A stretch of 64,000 bases of DNA. Origin: the human T2T-CHM13v2.0 reference genome, Homo sapiens. The stretch lies in NCBI RefSeq assembly GCF_009914755.1, contig NC_060937.1; one strand, written 5' to 3'. Below, piece after piece: positions 17,088-32,579 of the stretch (its first letter is position 1; each line of letters opens with the position of its first letter). Made by a program: the position numbers and the translations under genes. The notes under the pieces are model-generated. The model did not search any database, was not told the origin of the DNA, and worked only from the letters and a program-made list of their open reading frames with translations.

Positions 17088-17516
17088 TCATTGGCAGAAT
17101 AATTAAACTAGAACCCTCTCTTGCGCTATATACAAAAATCAAATCCAAATGGGTTAAAGACTTAAATCAAGGACAAGAAACTAGTGAAAGAAAACATTAG
17201 GGAAACTCTCCAGAAAATTGGTCTGGGCAAAGATTTCTTGAGTAATACCCCAAAAGCCCAGGCAACCAAAGCAGAAATGAACAAATGGTATCACATGAAG
17301 TTCAAAAGTTTCTGCATAGTATAGAAAACAATGGACAAAGTGAAAAGACAATCCACAGAATGGAAGAAAATATTTGCAAACTATATATCTGACAAGGGAT
17401 TAATAACCAGAATATATAAGGAGTTCAAACAACTCTATAAGAAAAAAAAAACTAATAATCCAATTATTTAAATGGGCAAAAAATCTGAACAGACATTTCT
17501 CAAAAGAAGGCACACA

Positions 17517-17805
17517 GGTCAGGCGCGGTGGCTCTCACCTGTAATTCCAGCATTTTGGGGAGCCAAGACAGGTGGACCACTTGAGCCCAGGAGTTCAAGA
17601 CCAACCTGAAAAACATAGCAAATAATTTTAAAAACTATCTGGGCATGGTGATGCATGCCTGTGGTCCCAGCTACTCAGGAGGCTGAGGTGGGAGGATTGC
17701 TTGAACCCTGGTAGTCAAAACTACAGTAAGCCATCATCATACCACTGCACTCCAGCCTGGGTGACAGAGTGAGACCCTGTCTCAAAAAATGAGCAAAAAC
17801 AAAAA
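17517..17805 (+). mobile_element. AluJ-like
   Basis: Diverged dimer (ttgagcccaggagttcaag); TSD-like aaaagaag. Confidence 0.9.
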
Positions 17806-18473
17806 AGAAGATATATAAATGTCAAATAGGTATATGAAACGGTGCTCAATATCATTGATCATCAGAGCATTTCAAATCAAAACTACAATAAGATATCATC
17901 TTACCCCCATTAAAATGGCTTTTATGCAAAAGAGAGGCAATAACAAATGCTTGCAAGAATGTGGGGAAAAGAGAACCCTCTTACTCTGTTGGTGGGAATG
18001 TAAATTAGTACATTCACTATGGAGAACAATATGGAGGTCCCTCAAAAAATTAAAAATAGAACTATCATATGATACAGCAATCCTGCAATGCAGCAACCCA
18101 GCAATGCTGGGTATATACCCAAGGGAGGGAAAATTAGTATATCAAAGAGTTATCTGCATTCCCATATTTATTTCAGCACTATTCATAATAGCCAAGATTT
18201 GGAAGCAACCTAAGTGTGCATCAACAGATGAAGGAATAAAGAAAATGTAGTACATGTACACAATGGAGTACTCTTCGGCCATGAAAAAGAATAAGATTCT
18301 GTCATTTGCAACAACGTGGATGGAACTAGGGGACATTATGTTAAGTACAATGAGCCAGGCACAGAAAGACTTTGCATGTTCTCACACTTTTGTGGGAGCT
18401 AAAAATTAAAACAATTGAACTCATCAAGATAGAGAGTAGACTGAGAGTTTCCAGAGGTTGGGAAGAGTAGCGG

Positions 18474-18997
18474 TGTTACGGGATCTTTGGAGTGTCACTT
18501 TTCTGGACAGAAAACTCTATGGCTGGTGGCACCTTTACCTGAGTTTTGCTTGGGCCCCGCCCACTCAGCCTGGCAGGCTGTGCTCAGCTCATGCTACCAG
18601 GTTGGATCCCATGTTTGCCAAGGGAGACTGCGCGGAGTGGCAAGGGGTGTGTGAGCAAGCATGGGGTCTGGCCACTGTGCAGTCAGACTTCCTGGCTGCT
18701 GCAGTGGAGCAGGTAACTCCAGGTGCCAACATGGGTACCAGCTCTCCACAAGTCTGTGGCTGGACCACGGGCACCGCAAGCAGCTTCCACAGCTGGCACA
18801 CTGGGAACACAGTGGCACCCAGAAGCTTGGAGATACCAGGAACCACAGGGCCCCAAAGAGGGAATCACAGCCCTGGCTCGGGGAGCTCCCAGGTCTGGGC
18901 TTCCCAAAGGGTCACAGCTCTTCTTTCCTTCTCTTTGCCCACAATGTGGCTAGCAAGGGGCATGTCTCAGCCCTGTTTGTGTTACAGCTCTTTCAGC
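18474..18997 (-). mobile_element. MER52-type LTR, partial
   Basis: GC-rich; begins tgttacgggatctttggagtgtcacttttctgg, the reverse of the recalled MER52 3' end; joins AT-rich internal sequence at ~19000. Confidence 0.75.
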
Positions 18998-20186
18998 CTC
19001 TTCCCTAGGATTTGTCATAATTAATTCTCATATTGTCTTATTTTTTTACATGTGTTTCAACTTCAGAAGATGCATGGATCTAAACACAACATGATGTGTT
19101 AGCTAGCTGCCATATGAATTTCTCCCTGTTTCACCACTATGTAGCCTAAAGTTATTCCATCATCCATGACTATACTGGCTAAAGAGTCTAAAGATCTTTG
19201 TTTGGTAGCTATGGCTTCAGCTAGTTCATTTGCTAAGTTACCTAGAGTGGTTGGTTGACAGATTTCTAATTATACGTTCATGAGAGGTTACTCCCCACCA
19301 TTGCAAGTGACTTCTGCCAAACATAGGCCAAAATTCATCTCCTTGGTGTGCAGGTATGGTTTGTCTAATCCTGGAAAGTAATTTCGATGAATTACTTCAG
19401 TGTTCAGAAACATTGGAGTTATAAATAGAAAAAGGAAGAGTCACATAACCTAATAGACAATTACTTCTCATATGCCAGCGGTCAACACATTCATAAGCCC
19501 ATGGGTGGTTGATCCAGGGACCACACAGTGTCCCTGACAGATTCTGAAAGTTAAGGCTTTGGTTTACTGGTAACAGAGACAGGTTAAAGTACATGTCTTC
19601 AGTCTTGAGTAGAGTGTAATCAGTCTCATTTTTTTTTTAATGAGACAAACATCAAGTAAAGACCTTGACAAGAAGGAAGAGAAATCCCGAGATTCTATAA
19701 TCATAATAATCGAATTGTAATTGCTAGTTTAAGTAGTCCTTCAAAAAATACATCTCATTCCTGACAGGATAAAAGAAGTTTTTAAAAATATATTATATTC
19801 AGATTCACTAGGGAACACTTGGATCCAGGAAATAATTCAGGATTCAGCCCAAATTATAGGCAAATAATAAAAACTCTAAAACAATGATCAGGGTTGGAAT
19901 CTAATAGCATATGTCATAGTTTTCTTTTGGAACAAAAATTTTCTCTAGTCCATCATTTTATCAAAGACAAATCATAGTAGGACCAATTTTGTATGCAAAA
20001 TAAGTTTTAGTCTTATCATACCTGGCCTGATTATTTCCATAAAGTGCAGCAAGAATATTTATTGGCCATACAGGCTTCTTAAAATTGGCTTTGTTGGAAA
20101 TTTGAAATAAGGAATCTTAGACTTTTAAGAGTCTTGACGCCAGCCAAGTCAAAGATTTGCATCAGACTGTGTCTGTAATACTTTTT

Positions 20187-23100
20187 TAACCTACTTTTTA
20201 AAATTATACTTTAAGTTCTGGGGTACATGTGCCGAAAGTGCAGGTTTGTTACATAGGTATATATATTCTGTGGTGGTTTGCTGCACTCATCAACCCATTA
20301 CCTATATTAGACATTTCTCCTAATGCTATTCCTCCCCCTTCCCCCACCCCCCAACAGGCCCCAGTGTGTGATGTTCCCCTCCCTGTGACCATGTGTTCTC
20401 ATTGTTCAACTCCCACTTATGAGTGAGAACATGTGGTGTTTGGTTTTCTGTTCTTGTGTTAGTTTGCCGAGAATGATGGTTTCCAGCTTCTTCCATGTCC
20501 CTGCAAAGGACATGAACTCATCCTTTTTTATGGCTGCATAGTATTCCATGGTGTATATGTGCCACATTTTCTTTATTCAGTCTATCATTGATGGGCATTT
20601 GGGTTGGTTCCAAGTCTTTGTTATTGTGAACAGTCCTGCAATAAACATACATGTGCATGTGTCTTTATAGTAGAATGATTTATAATCCTTTGGGTATATA
20701 CCCAGTAATGGGATTGCTGGGCCAAATGGTATTTCTAGTTCTAGATCCTTGAGGAATAGCCACACTGTCTTCCACAATGGTTGAACTAATTTACACTCCC
20801 ACCAACAGTGTAAAAGCCTTCCTATTTCTCCACACCCTCTCCAGTACCTGTTGTTTCCTGACTCTTTAATGATCGCCACTCTAACTGGCATGAGATGGTA
20901 TCTCATTGTGGTTTTGATTTGCATTTCTCTAATGACTAGTGATGTTGAGCTTTTTTTTTCATAAGTTTGTTGGTTGCATAATTGTCCTCTTTTGAGAAGT
21001 GTCTGTTCACATCCTTCGCCCACTTTTCAATGGGGTTGTTTTATCTTGTAAATTTATTTAAGTTCTTTGTAGATTCTGGATATTAGCCCTTTGTCAGATG
21101 GATAGATTGCAAAAATTTTCTCCCATTTTGTCGGTTGCCCATTCATTCTGATAGTTTCTTTTTCTGTCCAGAAGCTCTTTAGTTTAATTAGGTCCCATTT
21201 GTCAATTTTGGCTTTTGTTGCCTTTGTTTTTGGTGTTTTAGTCAGGAAGTCTTTGCCCATGTTTATGTCCTGAATGGTATTGCCTAGGTTTTCCTCTACG
21301 GTTTTTATGGCTTTAGGTCTTATGTTTAAGTCTTTAACCCATCTTGAGTTAATTTTTGTATAAGGTGTAAGGAAAGGATCCAGTTTCAGCTTTCTGCCTA
21401 TGGCTAGCCAGTTTTCCCAACACCATTTATTAAATAGGGAATCCTTTCCCCAGTGATTGTTTTTCTGAGGTTTCTCAAAGATCAGATGGTTGTAGATGTG
21501 TGGTGTTAATTCTGAGGCCTCTGTTCTGTTCCTTTGATCTATATATTTGTTTTGGTAACAGCACCATGCTCTTTTGGTTACTGTAGCTTGTAGTATATTT
21601 TGAAGTCAGGTACCATGATGCTTCCAGCTTTGTTCTTTTTGGTTAGGATTGTCTTGGCTATTCGGGCTCTTTTTTGATTCCATATGAAATTTAAAGTATA
21701 TTTTTCCAATTCCGTGGAGAAAGTCAATAGTAGTTTAATGGGGATAGCAGTGAATCTATAAATTACTTTGGGCAGTATGGCCACTTTCATGATACTGATT
21801 CTTCCTATCTATGAGCATGGAATGATTTTCCATTTGTTTGTGTCCTCTCTTATTTCCTTGAGGAGTGGTTTGTAGTTCTCCTTGAAGAGGTCCTTCACAT
21901 CCTTGTCAGTTGCATTCCTAGGTATTTCATTCTTTTTATAGCAATGGTGAATGGGAGTTCACTCACAGTTTGGCTCTCTGTTTGTCTGTTATTGCTGTAT
22001 AGGAATGCTTGTGATTTTTGCACATTGATTTTGTATCCTGAAACTTTGCTGAAGTTGCTTATCAGCTTAAGGAGATTTTGGGTGGAGATGATGGGGTTTT
22101 CTAAATATACAATCATGTCATCTGCAAACAGAGACCATTTGACTTCCTCTTTTCCTAATTGAATACCCTTTATTTCTTTCTCTTGCCTGATTGCCCTGGC
22201 CAGAACTTCCAATACTATGTTGAATAGGAGTAGTGAGAGAGGGCATCCTTGTCTTGTGCTGATTTTCAAAGGGAATGCTTCCAGTTTTTGCACATTCAGT
22301 ATGTTATTGGCTGTGGGCTTGTCATAAATAGCACTTACTATTTTGAGATATGTTCCATCAATACCAGTTTATTGAGAGTTTTTAGCATGAAGGGCTGTTG
22401 AAATTTGTCAAAGGCCCTTTCTGCATCTATTGAGATAATCATGCAGTTTTTGTCATTTGTTCCCTTTATGTGATGGATTACATTTATTGATTTGCATATG
22501 TTGAACCATCCTTGCATCCCAGGGGTGAAGCTGACTTGATCATGGTGGACAAGCTTTTTGATGTGCTGCTGGATTCAGTTTTCCAGTATTTTATCCAGGA
22601 TTTCTGCATCGATGCTCATCAGGGATATTGGCCTAAAATTTTCTTTTTTTGTTGTGTCCCTGTGAGGTTTTGGTATCAAGGTGATGCTGACCTCATAAAG
22701 TGAGTTAGGGAGGATTCTCTCTTTTTCTATTGTTTGGAATAGTTTCAGAAGGAATGGTACCAGCTCCTCTTTGTACCTCTCATAGAATTCGGCTGTGAAT
22801 CCGTCTGGTCCTGGAATTTTTTTGGTTGGTAGGCTATAATTAATGCCTCATTTTCAGAACTTGTTATTGGTCTATTCAGGAATTTCACTTCTTCCTTGTT
22901 TAGTCTTTGTAGTATTCTCTGATGATAATTTGTATTTCTGTGGGATCAGTGGTGATATCCCCTTAATCATGTTTTATTGCATCTATTTGATTCTTCTCTC
23001 TTTTCTTCTTTATTAGTCTGGCTAGTGGTCTGTTTTGTTGATGTTTTCAAAAAACCAGCTCCTGGATTCATTGATTTTTTGAAGGGTTTTTCATGTCTCT

Positions 23101-25481
23101 ATCTCCTTCAATTCTGCTCTGATCTTATTTGTGTCTTGTCTCCTGTTAGCTTTTGAATTTGTTTGTTCTTGCTTCTCTAGTTCTTTTAATTTTGATGTTA
23201 AGGTGTCAATTTTAGATCTTTCCTGCTTTCTCTTGTGGACATTTAGTGCTATAAATTTTCCCTCTACACACTGCTTTAAATGTGTCCCAGAGATTCTGGG
23301 ACGTTGTGTCTTTGTTTTCATTGGTTTTGAAGAACATCTTTATTTCTGCCTTCATTTAGTTATTTACCCAGTAGTCATTCAGGAGCAGGTCACCCAGTTT
23401 CCATGTAGTTGTGAGGTTTTGAGTGAGTTTCTAAATCCTGCATACTAATTTGAATGCATTGTGGTCTGAGAGACTGTTTGTTATGATTTCAATTCTTTTG
23501 CATTTCCTGAGGAGAGTTTTACTTCCAATTATGTGGTCAATTTTAGAATAAGTGCAATGTGGTGCTGAGAAGAAGGTATATTCTGTTGATTTGCGGTGGA
23601 GAGTTCTGTAGAGATCTTTTAGGTCCACTTGGTCCAGAACTGAGTTCAAGTCCTGGATATTATTGTTAATTTTCTGTCTCATTGATCTAATATTGAGAGT
23701 GGAGTGTTAAAGTCTCCCACTATTATTGTGTGGGAGTCTAAGTCTCTTTGTAGGTCTTTAAGAACTTGCTTTATGAATGTGAGTGCTCCTGTATTGGGTG
23801 CATATATGTCTAGGATAGTTAGCTCTTCTTGTTGCATTGATCCCTTTACCATTATGTAACGCCTTCTTTGTCTCTTTTGATCTTTGTTGGCTTAAGATCT
23901 GTTTTATCAGAAGCTAGGATTGCAACCCCTGCCTTTTGTTGCTTTCCACTTGCTTGGTAAATGTTCCTCCATCCCTTTATTTTGAGCCTATGTGTATGAG
24001 ATGGGTCTCCTGAGTACAGCACATTGATGGGTCTTGACTCTTTAACCAATTTGCCAGTCTGTGTCTTTCAATTGGGGACATTTAGCTCATTTACATTTAA
24101 GGTTAATATTGTTATGTATGAATTTGATCCTGTCATTATGATACTAGCTGGTTATTTTGCTCATTAGTTGATGCAATTTTTTCATAGTGTCAATGGTCTT
24201 TATAATTTGGTATGTTTTTGCAGTGGCTGTTACCAGTTGTTCCTTTCCGTGTTTAGTGCTTCCTTCAGAAGCTCTTGTAAGGCAGGCCTGGTGGTGACAA
24301 TATCTCTCAGCATTTGCTTGTAAAAGATTTTATTTCTCCTTCAATTATGAAGCTTAGTTTGGCTGGATATGAAATTCTGGCTTGAAAATTCTTTTCTTTA
24401 GGAATGTTGTATATTGGCCCCCACTGTCTTCTGGCTTGTAGGCTTTCTGCCAAGAGATCCACTGTTAGTCTGATGGGCTTCCCTTTGTGGGTAACTCAAC
24501 CTTTCTCTCTGGCTGCCCTTAATATTTTTTCCTTCATTTCAACCTTGGTGAATCTGATGATTTTGTGTCTTGGGGTTGCTCTTCTTCAGGAGTATCTTAG
24601 TGGTGTTCTCTGTATTTCCTGAATTTGAATGTTGGCCTGTCTTGCTAGGTTGGGGAAGTTCTCCTGGATAATATAGTTGAGAGTGTTTTCCAACTTGGTT
24701 CCATTCTCTCTGTCACTTTCAAGTACACGAATCAAACATAGATTCAGTCTTTTAACATAGTCCTCTAATTCTTGGAGGCTTTGTTCTTTTCTTTCACTCT
24801 TTTTTCTCTAATCTTGTCTTCTTGCTTTATTTCATTGAGTTGATCTTCAATCTCTGATATCCTTTCTCCTGCTTGATTGATTCAGCTATTGATACTTGTG
24901 TATGCTTCATTAAGTTCCTTTGCTCGGTTTTTCAGCTCTATCAGGTCATTTATATTCTTCTCTAAACCGGTTATTCTAGTTTACAATTCGTCCTACCTTT
25001 TTTTTTCAGGCTCTTAGCTTCCTTGCATTGGGTTAGAACATGCTCCTTTAGCTCGGAGGAGTTTGTTATTACCCGCCTTCTGAAGCCTACTTCTGTCAAT
25101 TCATCAAACTCATTGTCTGTCCAGTTTTGTTCTCTTGCTGGTGGGGAGTTGTGATCTTCTGGAGGAGAAGAGGCATTCTGGCTTTTGGAGTTTTCAGCCT
25201 TTTTGCACTGGTTTCTCCCCATCTTTGTGGATTTATTTACCTTTGTTCTTTGATGTTGGTGATGTTGAGACTATTCCTTTCTGTTTGTTAGTTTTCCTTC
25301 TAACAGTCAGGTCCCTCTGCTGCAGGTTTGCTTGAGATGCTGGAGGTCCACTCCAGACCCTGTTTGCATGGGTATCACCAGTGGAGGCTGTTGGAAATGC
25401 ATGAACCACCTGCCTTCTGTGTTGATCTCATTGGGTGCTGCAGGCCGGAGCTGTTCCTTTTCAGACATCTTGCCAGCCCTC
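20187..25481 (-). mobile_element. LINE-1 (L1PA7/8-like) with both ends present and internal deletions; ORF1 and ORF2 disrupted
   Basis: 13-bp TSD ctgtaatactttt at 20173 and 25482. 5' end ggagggctggcaagatg...gaacagctccgg. ORF1 start MGRNQCKKAENSKSQNASSPP at 25222. ORF2 fragments include [11 protein letters not shown] (21895-22293). 3'UTR ends at ~20200. Confidence 0.95.
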
Positions 25482-26264
25482 CTGTAATACTTTTATGAAT
25501 TGGTGTAGTCCTCTCTTCTCAAGCTCCCCAAATAACTTAAGGTTCCTGGGCCCGTCAGAAATTGACATTCTTTACTTCTTACCACAAGGACAGCAACTTT
25601 CTAAATGACCCTTGTAGACAGGACACCAAGCCAGTCATTCTAAGGGGCTTTGTATTGGTGCTATAGAGTCAACCTCAATTCCTTAAAGTGGTCTGGTTGT
25701 ATCTGCCGTTCGAGTTAAAGCCTTGATAAAACAAACAGTGTCTCCAATTGAATCCTGTTACCAAAAACAGATTCTTATTGAAATTATGCAAATAATTATA
25801 TTGCCATAATTTAGGAATGCTCACGAATGGCTTCTGAATTCTGGAGAAATCAGTTAGAGAGACAGATAAATGGCTCAAATTTTTGTTCACAATGTAGTTT
25901 ATCTAATGTATGGTAAGTTAAAAATAGCTGAAAAGAAAAAAATTCTTGACTTTGGAAAACAAAACGTAAAGAGAATCAACAATGTTTCCTATGGAAGGGC
26001 CATGAATAAAATCTTTTCCTTCTTTTATAAGTTCAGTCCCATGTAACTAAATCTTGTTCTGCTTGATTTCAAATAGCAATTCTCATTCAGTTTTTTGTGT
26101 TTTGCTTGATTTCAATTGGAAATTCTCATTCAGCTTTTTAGAGTCCTGGAAGATTTTCCTAGTCCAACAGAATGATCCCCAAAGTTATCTGAGACCATAT
26201 TTAAGAGAACTTGTCAGAGTCCTTTCCATTAAAAGTAATTTAGATGATAGCTGATTGTAAAGGC

Positions 26265-26605
26265 TTTTTTTTTTTGAGACATTGTCTGGCTCTGTCACTC
26301 AGGATAGAGTGCAGTGGCATGATCTTGGCTCACCGCAATCTCTCCCTGGTAAACTCAAGCCATCCTCCTACCTCAGCCTCCAAAGTAGCTGGGACCATAG
26401 GCATGCACCATCATGCTGGCTAATTTTTGTATTTTTGTAGAGACAGGGTTTTACCATGTTGCCCAGGATGCTTTCAACTTCTGAGTTCAAGCAATTCACC
26501 CACCTCGGCCTTGCAAAGTGCTGGGATTTTTACACGCATGAGCCACCATGCCCTGCACCATGCCCAGCACCGTGCCCTGCACAGCCTCCAGCAGCATGCC
26601 TGGCC
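26265..26605 (-). mobile_element. AluJ-like with a locally repeated 5' end
   Basis: Dimer; TSD tgtaaagg; caccatgccc(t/a)g units repeated at 26545-26605. Confidence 0.9.
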
Positions 26606-26975
26606 TGTAAAGGGTTTTAGAGAAGAACTTTAAACAATCACCGTGGATGAAAAAAACTTAGAATATCCTTTGGTTAAAATCCAGTGGAAGTTCTCAACTG
26701 GAGAGAAAATTTAGTTATTTCTATTATATGTAGCATTTTAAGATAAAAGCCAGAATCATGACTGACGGCAACACATCAGATCCATCAGACTTCCACAAAT
26801 TTTATATAATCTTTAGAATATTTATATTAATAATATATCTATACATATACAACTTTAGAGAATATTTAACAACATCAAAATTATGACTGATACCATATTA
26901 GATTTTTATAATTTATATAACATTTAAAATATTTATATTAATAATATACCTATAAATGTAACCAAAAGAAGATTT

Positions 26976-27270
26976 AGACCAGGCACAGTGGCTCATGCCT
27001 GTAATTCCAACACTTTGGGAGGCCAAGTTGGACAGATCATCAGAGGTCAGGACTTCGACATCAGCCTCGCCAACATGGAGAAATCTTGTCTCTACTAAAA
27101 ATACAAAATTAGCCGGGCATGGTGGCATGTGTCTGTAGTCCCAGCTACTTGGGAGGTTGAGGCAGGAGAATCGCTTGAACCTTGGGGCAGAGGTTGCAGT
27201 GAACCTAGATCACACCACTGCACTCCAGCCTGGGTGACAAAGCAAGATTCTGTCTCAGAGAAAAAAAAAA
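26976..27270 (+). mobile_element. AluS-like
   Basis: Full dimer; TSD aaaagaagatttaga. Confidence 0.95.
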
Positions 27271-27384
27271 GAAGATTTAGACTTATCTTTTGGCAATGCT
27301 TCCCATACAAAGTTATCAACTAAATTTTAGCAAAGATGTAAAAAAATTGAAAACATTTGACTAAAACAGAATGACAGTTTATTG

Positions 27385-27703
<319 letters not shown>

Positions 27704-28860
27704 TAACAGTCATTCATTTAATTAGCATGACAACCAAAAGACATCAAAAGCAACATAGAAGGTTACATGGATGTGAAAACTGAAAACCCTCAGTTTTCCC
27801 AAGTAATTAAAAAAAAATAAAGGCAACACATGGATTATCTTGATAAAACCTAAAATCTTTATTACAGGCCAGTCATTTAAAGGGTAAAACTCCTGTGGCA
27901 TAACTGTGTCTTCTTACGGGAAGCTAATTTAAATCACTTGGAAGTCAATTCCGATGATAAGGAGACTTGAATTTAATTAGACATAGAAAGAGTGTGTCCA
28001 GGGTCATGAGTGAGCATAATATTACAAAGGAATGTAAACAGGAAAACCAGAGCATAGAGCAGTGGGGATCCATAGCTCACAATGATAGCATGGAAGTTTC
28101 CTGGTTACATGAAGTAATTAAGACATATTTAAAAGCTAAGAGTACAAAATTAGACCTGATGAAAAATCTGAAGGAGTTATCATCGCAGCCAAGCAGGAAA
28201 CCCAAACCTTTTATTCCTTCTCAAGAAGGAACAGGAGACAATGATGTGATCTGTGAGTCATGTGTAACATGAAAGTACAGGAAAAGTTGAACTTCTGATA
28301 TACAAATCTGAAAAGTTTTTATAGTAACAGATTTCAGGATTAAAAGTCAATATTTATTACCTCTTATTATGAGCAAATAAATACCTTAAGAAAACCTTGT
28401 TGTTTTAACCAAAATTTTTAGTTTTTTATCACTATGTTTTTAATATTACAGCTAATTTAAATAAACTTTATAAACAATCTATCTGATCTCAATCAGTTTT
28501 GACCTCGATGTAAGATTTACATAAACTTTTAATAACCTTGTATAATTTTTTCATCTTTCCCAACTTTTTATACACATTTAGTTTTATCTATCTTTTTTAT
28601 TCCTTCAATTTAAAAAAATCCTTAAAAATCTCTAAGCGAATTTACTTTTTCTGAAACAAAAACCGGTATACATTTTGCATATAGAATTGTTTCTCTTGTA
28701 TCTAGTAGTCTTAATCACATATATCTAGCAAGATATTAACACTTAGTAACCCTTATTTTAAGAAAAAACCTAGGAAGCAAGAAATCTTGAATTGTCATAT
28801 AGCAGTATCTTACATATGAGAATAATTTCATAATTTAGAATTATGTGTTCCTAAAACATA

Positions 28861-29151
<291 letters not shown>

Positions 29152-29237
29152 TAAAACATAAGTTTTAAATTGGAAATAACCCAGATATTTAATGAGTATC
29201 TATTATTTAATTTAACATAACTAAAATTTCAAAAATA

Positions 29238-29510
29238 GGCTGGGCATGGTGGCTCACACCTGTAATCCCAACACTTTAGGAGGCCAAGGCAGGAGTATCA
29301 TGAGACCAGCCTGAGCAAAATAGTGAGATGCTGACTCTACAAAAAAAATAAAAGTTAGCTGACCATGGTGGTGCATGCCTGTAATTAACAGCTACTTGGG
29401 AGGCTGAGGTGGGAGGATCCCTTGAGCACAGGAGGTCAAGGTTGCAGTGAGCTGTGATCATGCCACTGCACTTCAGCCTGGGTGACAGACAGAGACACTG
29501 TCTCAAAAAA
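29238..29510 (+). mobile_element. AluJ-like
   Basis: TSD aaaatttcaaaaata on both sides. Confidence 0.92.
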
Positions 29511-29990
29511 ATTTCAAAAATACATTAAGATGTCTTGTATAGACATTTATCCATTTACATTTACTTATTTTTGACAGTTTATCTAGAGTATTTGTGAGAA
29601 CTGAGGTATTAGACAAAGCTAGTCATCATTTCTAGGTTTTTTTCTTGTTAACCATGTTATAGCCTGTGAATATCAGGTGTTCATGTAAGTGAGGACTTCA
29701 AAGTTAAATACATGTGTATTTTACCAATAACTCAGAAAATTCCATTATTTTTGTTCAACAAACCGTATTAAATTGGTCTTATGTATTTAAAAAATCACAT
29801 AAACAAATATTCTTTTTTTCTGTGTTTATAGTTTTATAACCTTCATGCCAAACCCTAGCACCTTAAAATATCTAGCAAATGTAAATATAAAACACAGTCA
29901 AAAATGTATGCCGACAATTCTGAAGACATTTCTATTTTTATTTTATCAATACTTTTTAAATTATTTGTATTTATAAAAGAACTCTCTTTT

Positions 29991-30308
<318 letters not shown>

Positions 30309-30544
30309 GAATTGTTTCATTCTTTTGTTTTTCTTCAGCCAAATAACCTTGAATTGGTAACACCACAGACAGTAAGTCTTATCTCAACACCAGTAGACAA
30401 ATCAGCAGATTCAAAGTAGGCAGGGAAAAAAAATAGATAGGCAAAAGAACTGAGAATTTTTCATTTTAGGGTTTTTAAAAATAGTAACTATTTGAGTTCT
30501 GAATTTTCTTTCATGTAATTTGGCCATCAGGTTTAAAGTGTGCG

Positions 30545-31148
<604 letters not shown>

Positions 31149-31155
31149 GTGTGTC

Positions 31156-31191
<36 letters not shown>

Positions 31192-31192
31192 T
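31149..31192. repeat. (TG)n microsatellite
   Basis: Seen directly in the sequence. Confidence 0.95.
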
Positions 31193-31908
31193 GGCTAGAA
31201 TGGTCCATAATATATAGCCAGCTCGAGTCCCAGAAAACCTAGCAAGCTTAAGGTTAGAGCTTCTCATTTTGGCCTTTTCAAGATTAAATCTCCTTTAGTA
31301 AGCCCTTCCCCTCTAGGGAGGTACTTGCCGGAGCTCTGCCTGAAGTTGGTTTTCTGATGCCCTGTTTTTTCTGTTCTGAATGGTTTATTTCTCATTATAA
31401 GAGCTCAGCAAAGCAGGCAGAGTTAAAAAGCAGAGACATGAAGGCTTTAAAATCATGGACTTCACTCCTACACTGAATCTCAGGTCCCCAGAAAGACAGA
31501 AACACCATGGGACCACAGCAAAGGCAGAAGGAGGAGTGAGAGAGGGAGGTGGACAGAACAACCAACAGGAGTTGGCTCTCATTTTTTCACGCGTGCCATT
31601 TTCTTTAGGTTTTTCTAGTTTATGGAGTCTCTTTGTTCCAGTTGAGCACACAGATAAACTAGAGCTCTCACAAGGCTTTTGCTGAGAACATCAAAGCCTT
31701 TAACCTCTGTTGGGCCAAATATTTAGACCAAAAATACAGACAGACACACAAAAGCCAGAACCAGACCAGATTGAGTATCTCAGTGGCTACAGCCTTTATT
31801 CCCTTTATTCTTTAGGATACGAACTCAAACAAGATTCAGGGTTCTAACCCAACCAGGACCCCCCTGGGGTGAAACTGAAACCCCACATTCTAGACAAGGC
31901 TGGGGGTC

Positions 31909-32210
<302 letters not shown>

Positions 32211-32335
32211 TGCTTGTTCTTTTCATTTCATCCTGATCTCCGAATACAGGAGAGTAGCTGATTTGGTGTTCGCTAACAAGCACAGAAGCTTTGTTACATT
32301 TACAGTGTCATTCTTGGCAAAACCTGAAGTTTTGA

Positions 32336-32546
32336 CTCCCAGTTTCATGCCATTCTCCTGCCTCAGCCTCCTGAGTAGCTGGGACTATAGGCGCCCGCCA
32401 CCTCACCCAGCTAATTTTTTGTATTTTTAGTAGAGACGGGGTTTCACCGTGTTAGCCAGGATGGTCTCGATCTCCTGACCTTGTGATCCGCCCACCTCGG
32501 CCTCCCAGAGTGCTGGGATTACAGGCGTGAGCCACCGCGCCCAGCC
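32336..32546 (-). mobile_element. AluY lacking its 3' end and poly(A)
   Basis: AluY diagnostics (accgtgttagccaggatggtctcgatc); Alu sequence stops abruptly at ~32336. Confidence 0.9.
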
Positions 32547-32579
32547 AGAAGCTCTAATTTCAATGATGATTGTGCTTTT

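Noticed and set aside
18458-19024. 188-aa ORF and overlapping ORFs
   Set aside because: They lie almost entirely within the GC-rich MER52 LTR and show no recognisable domain.
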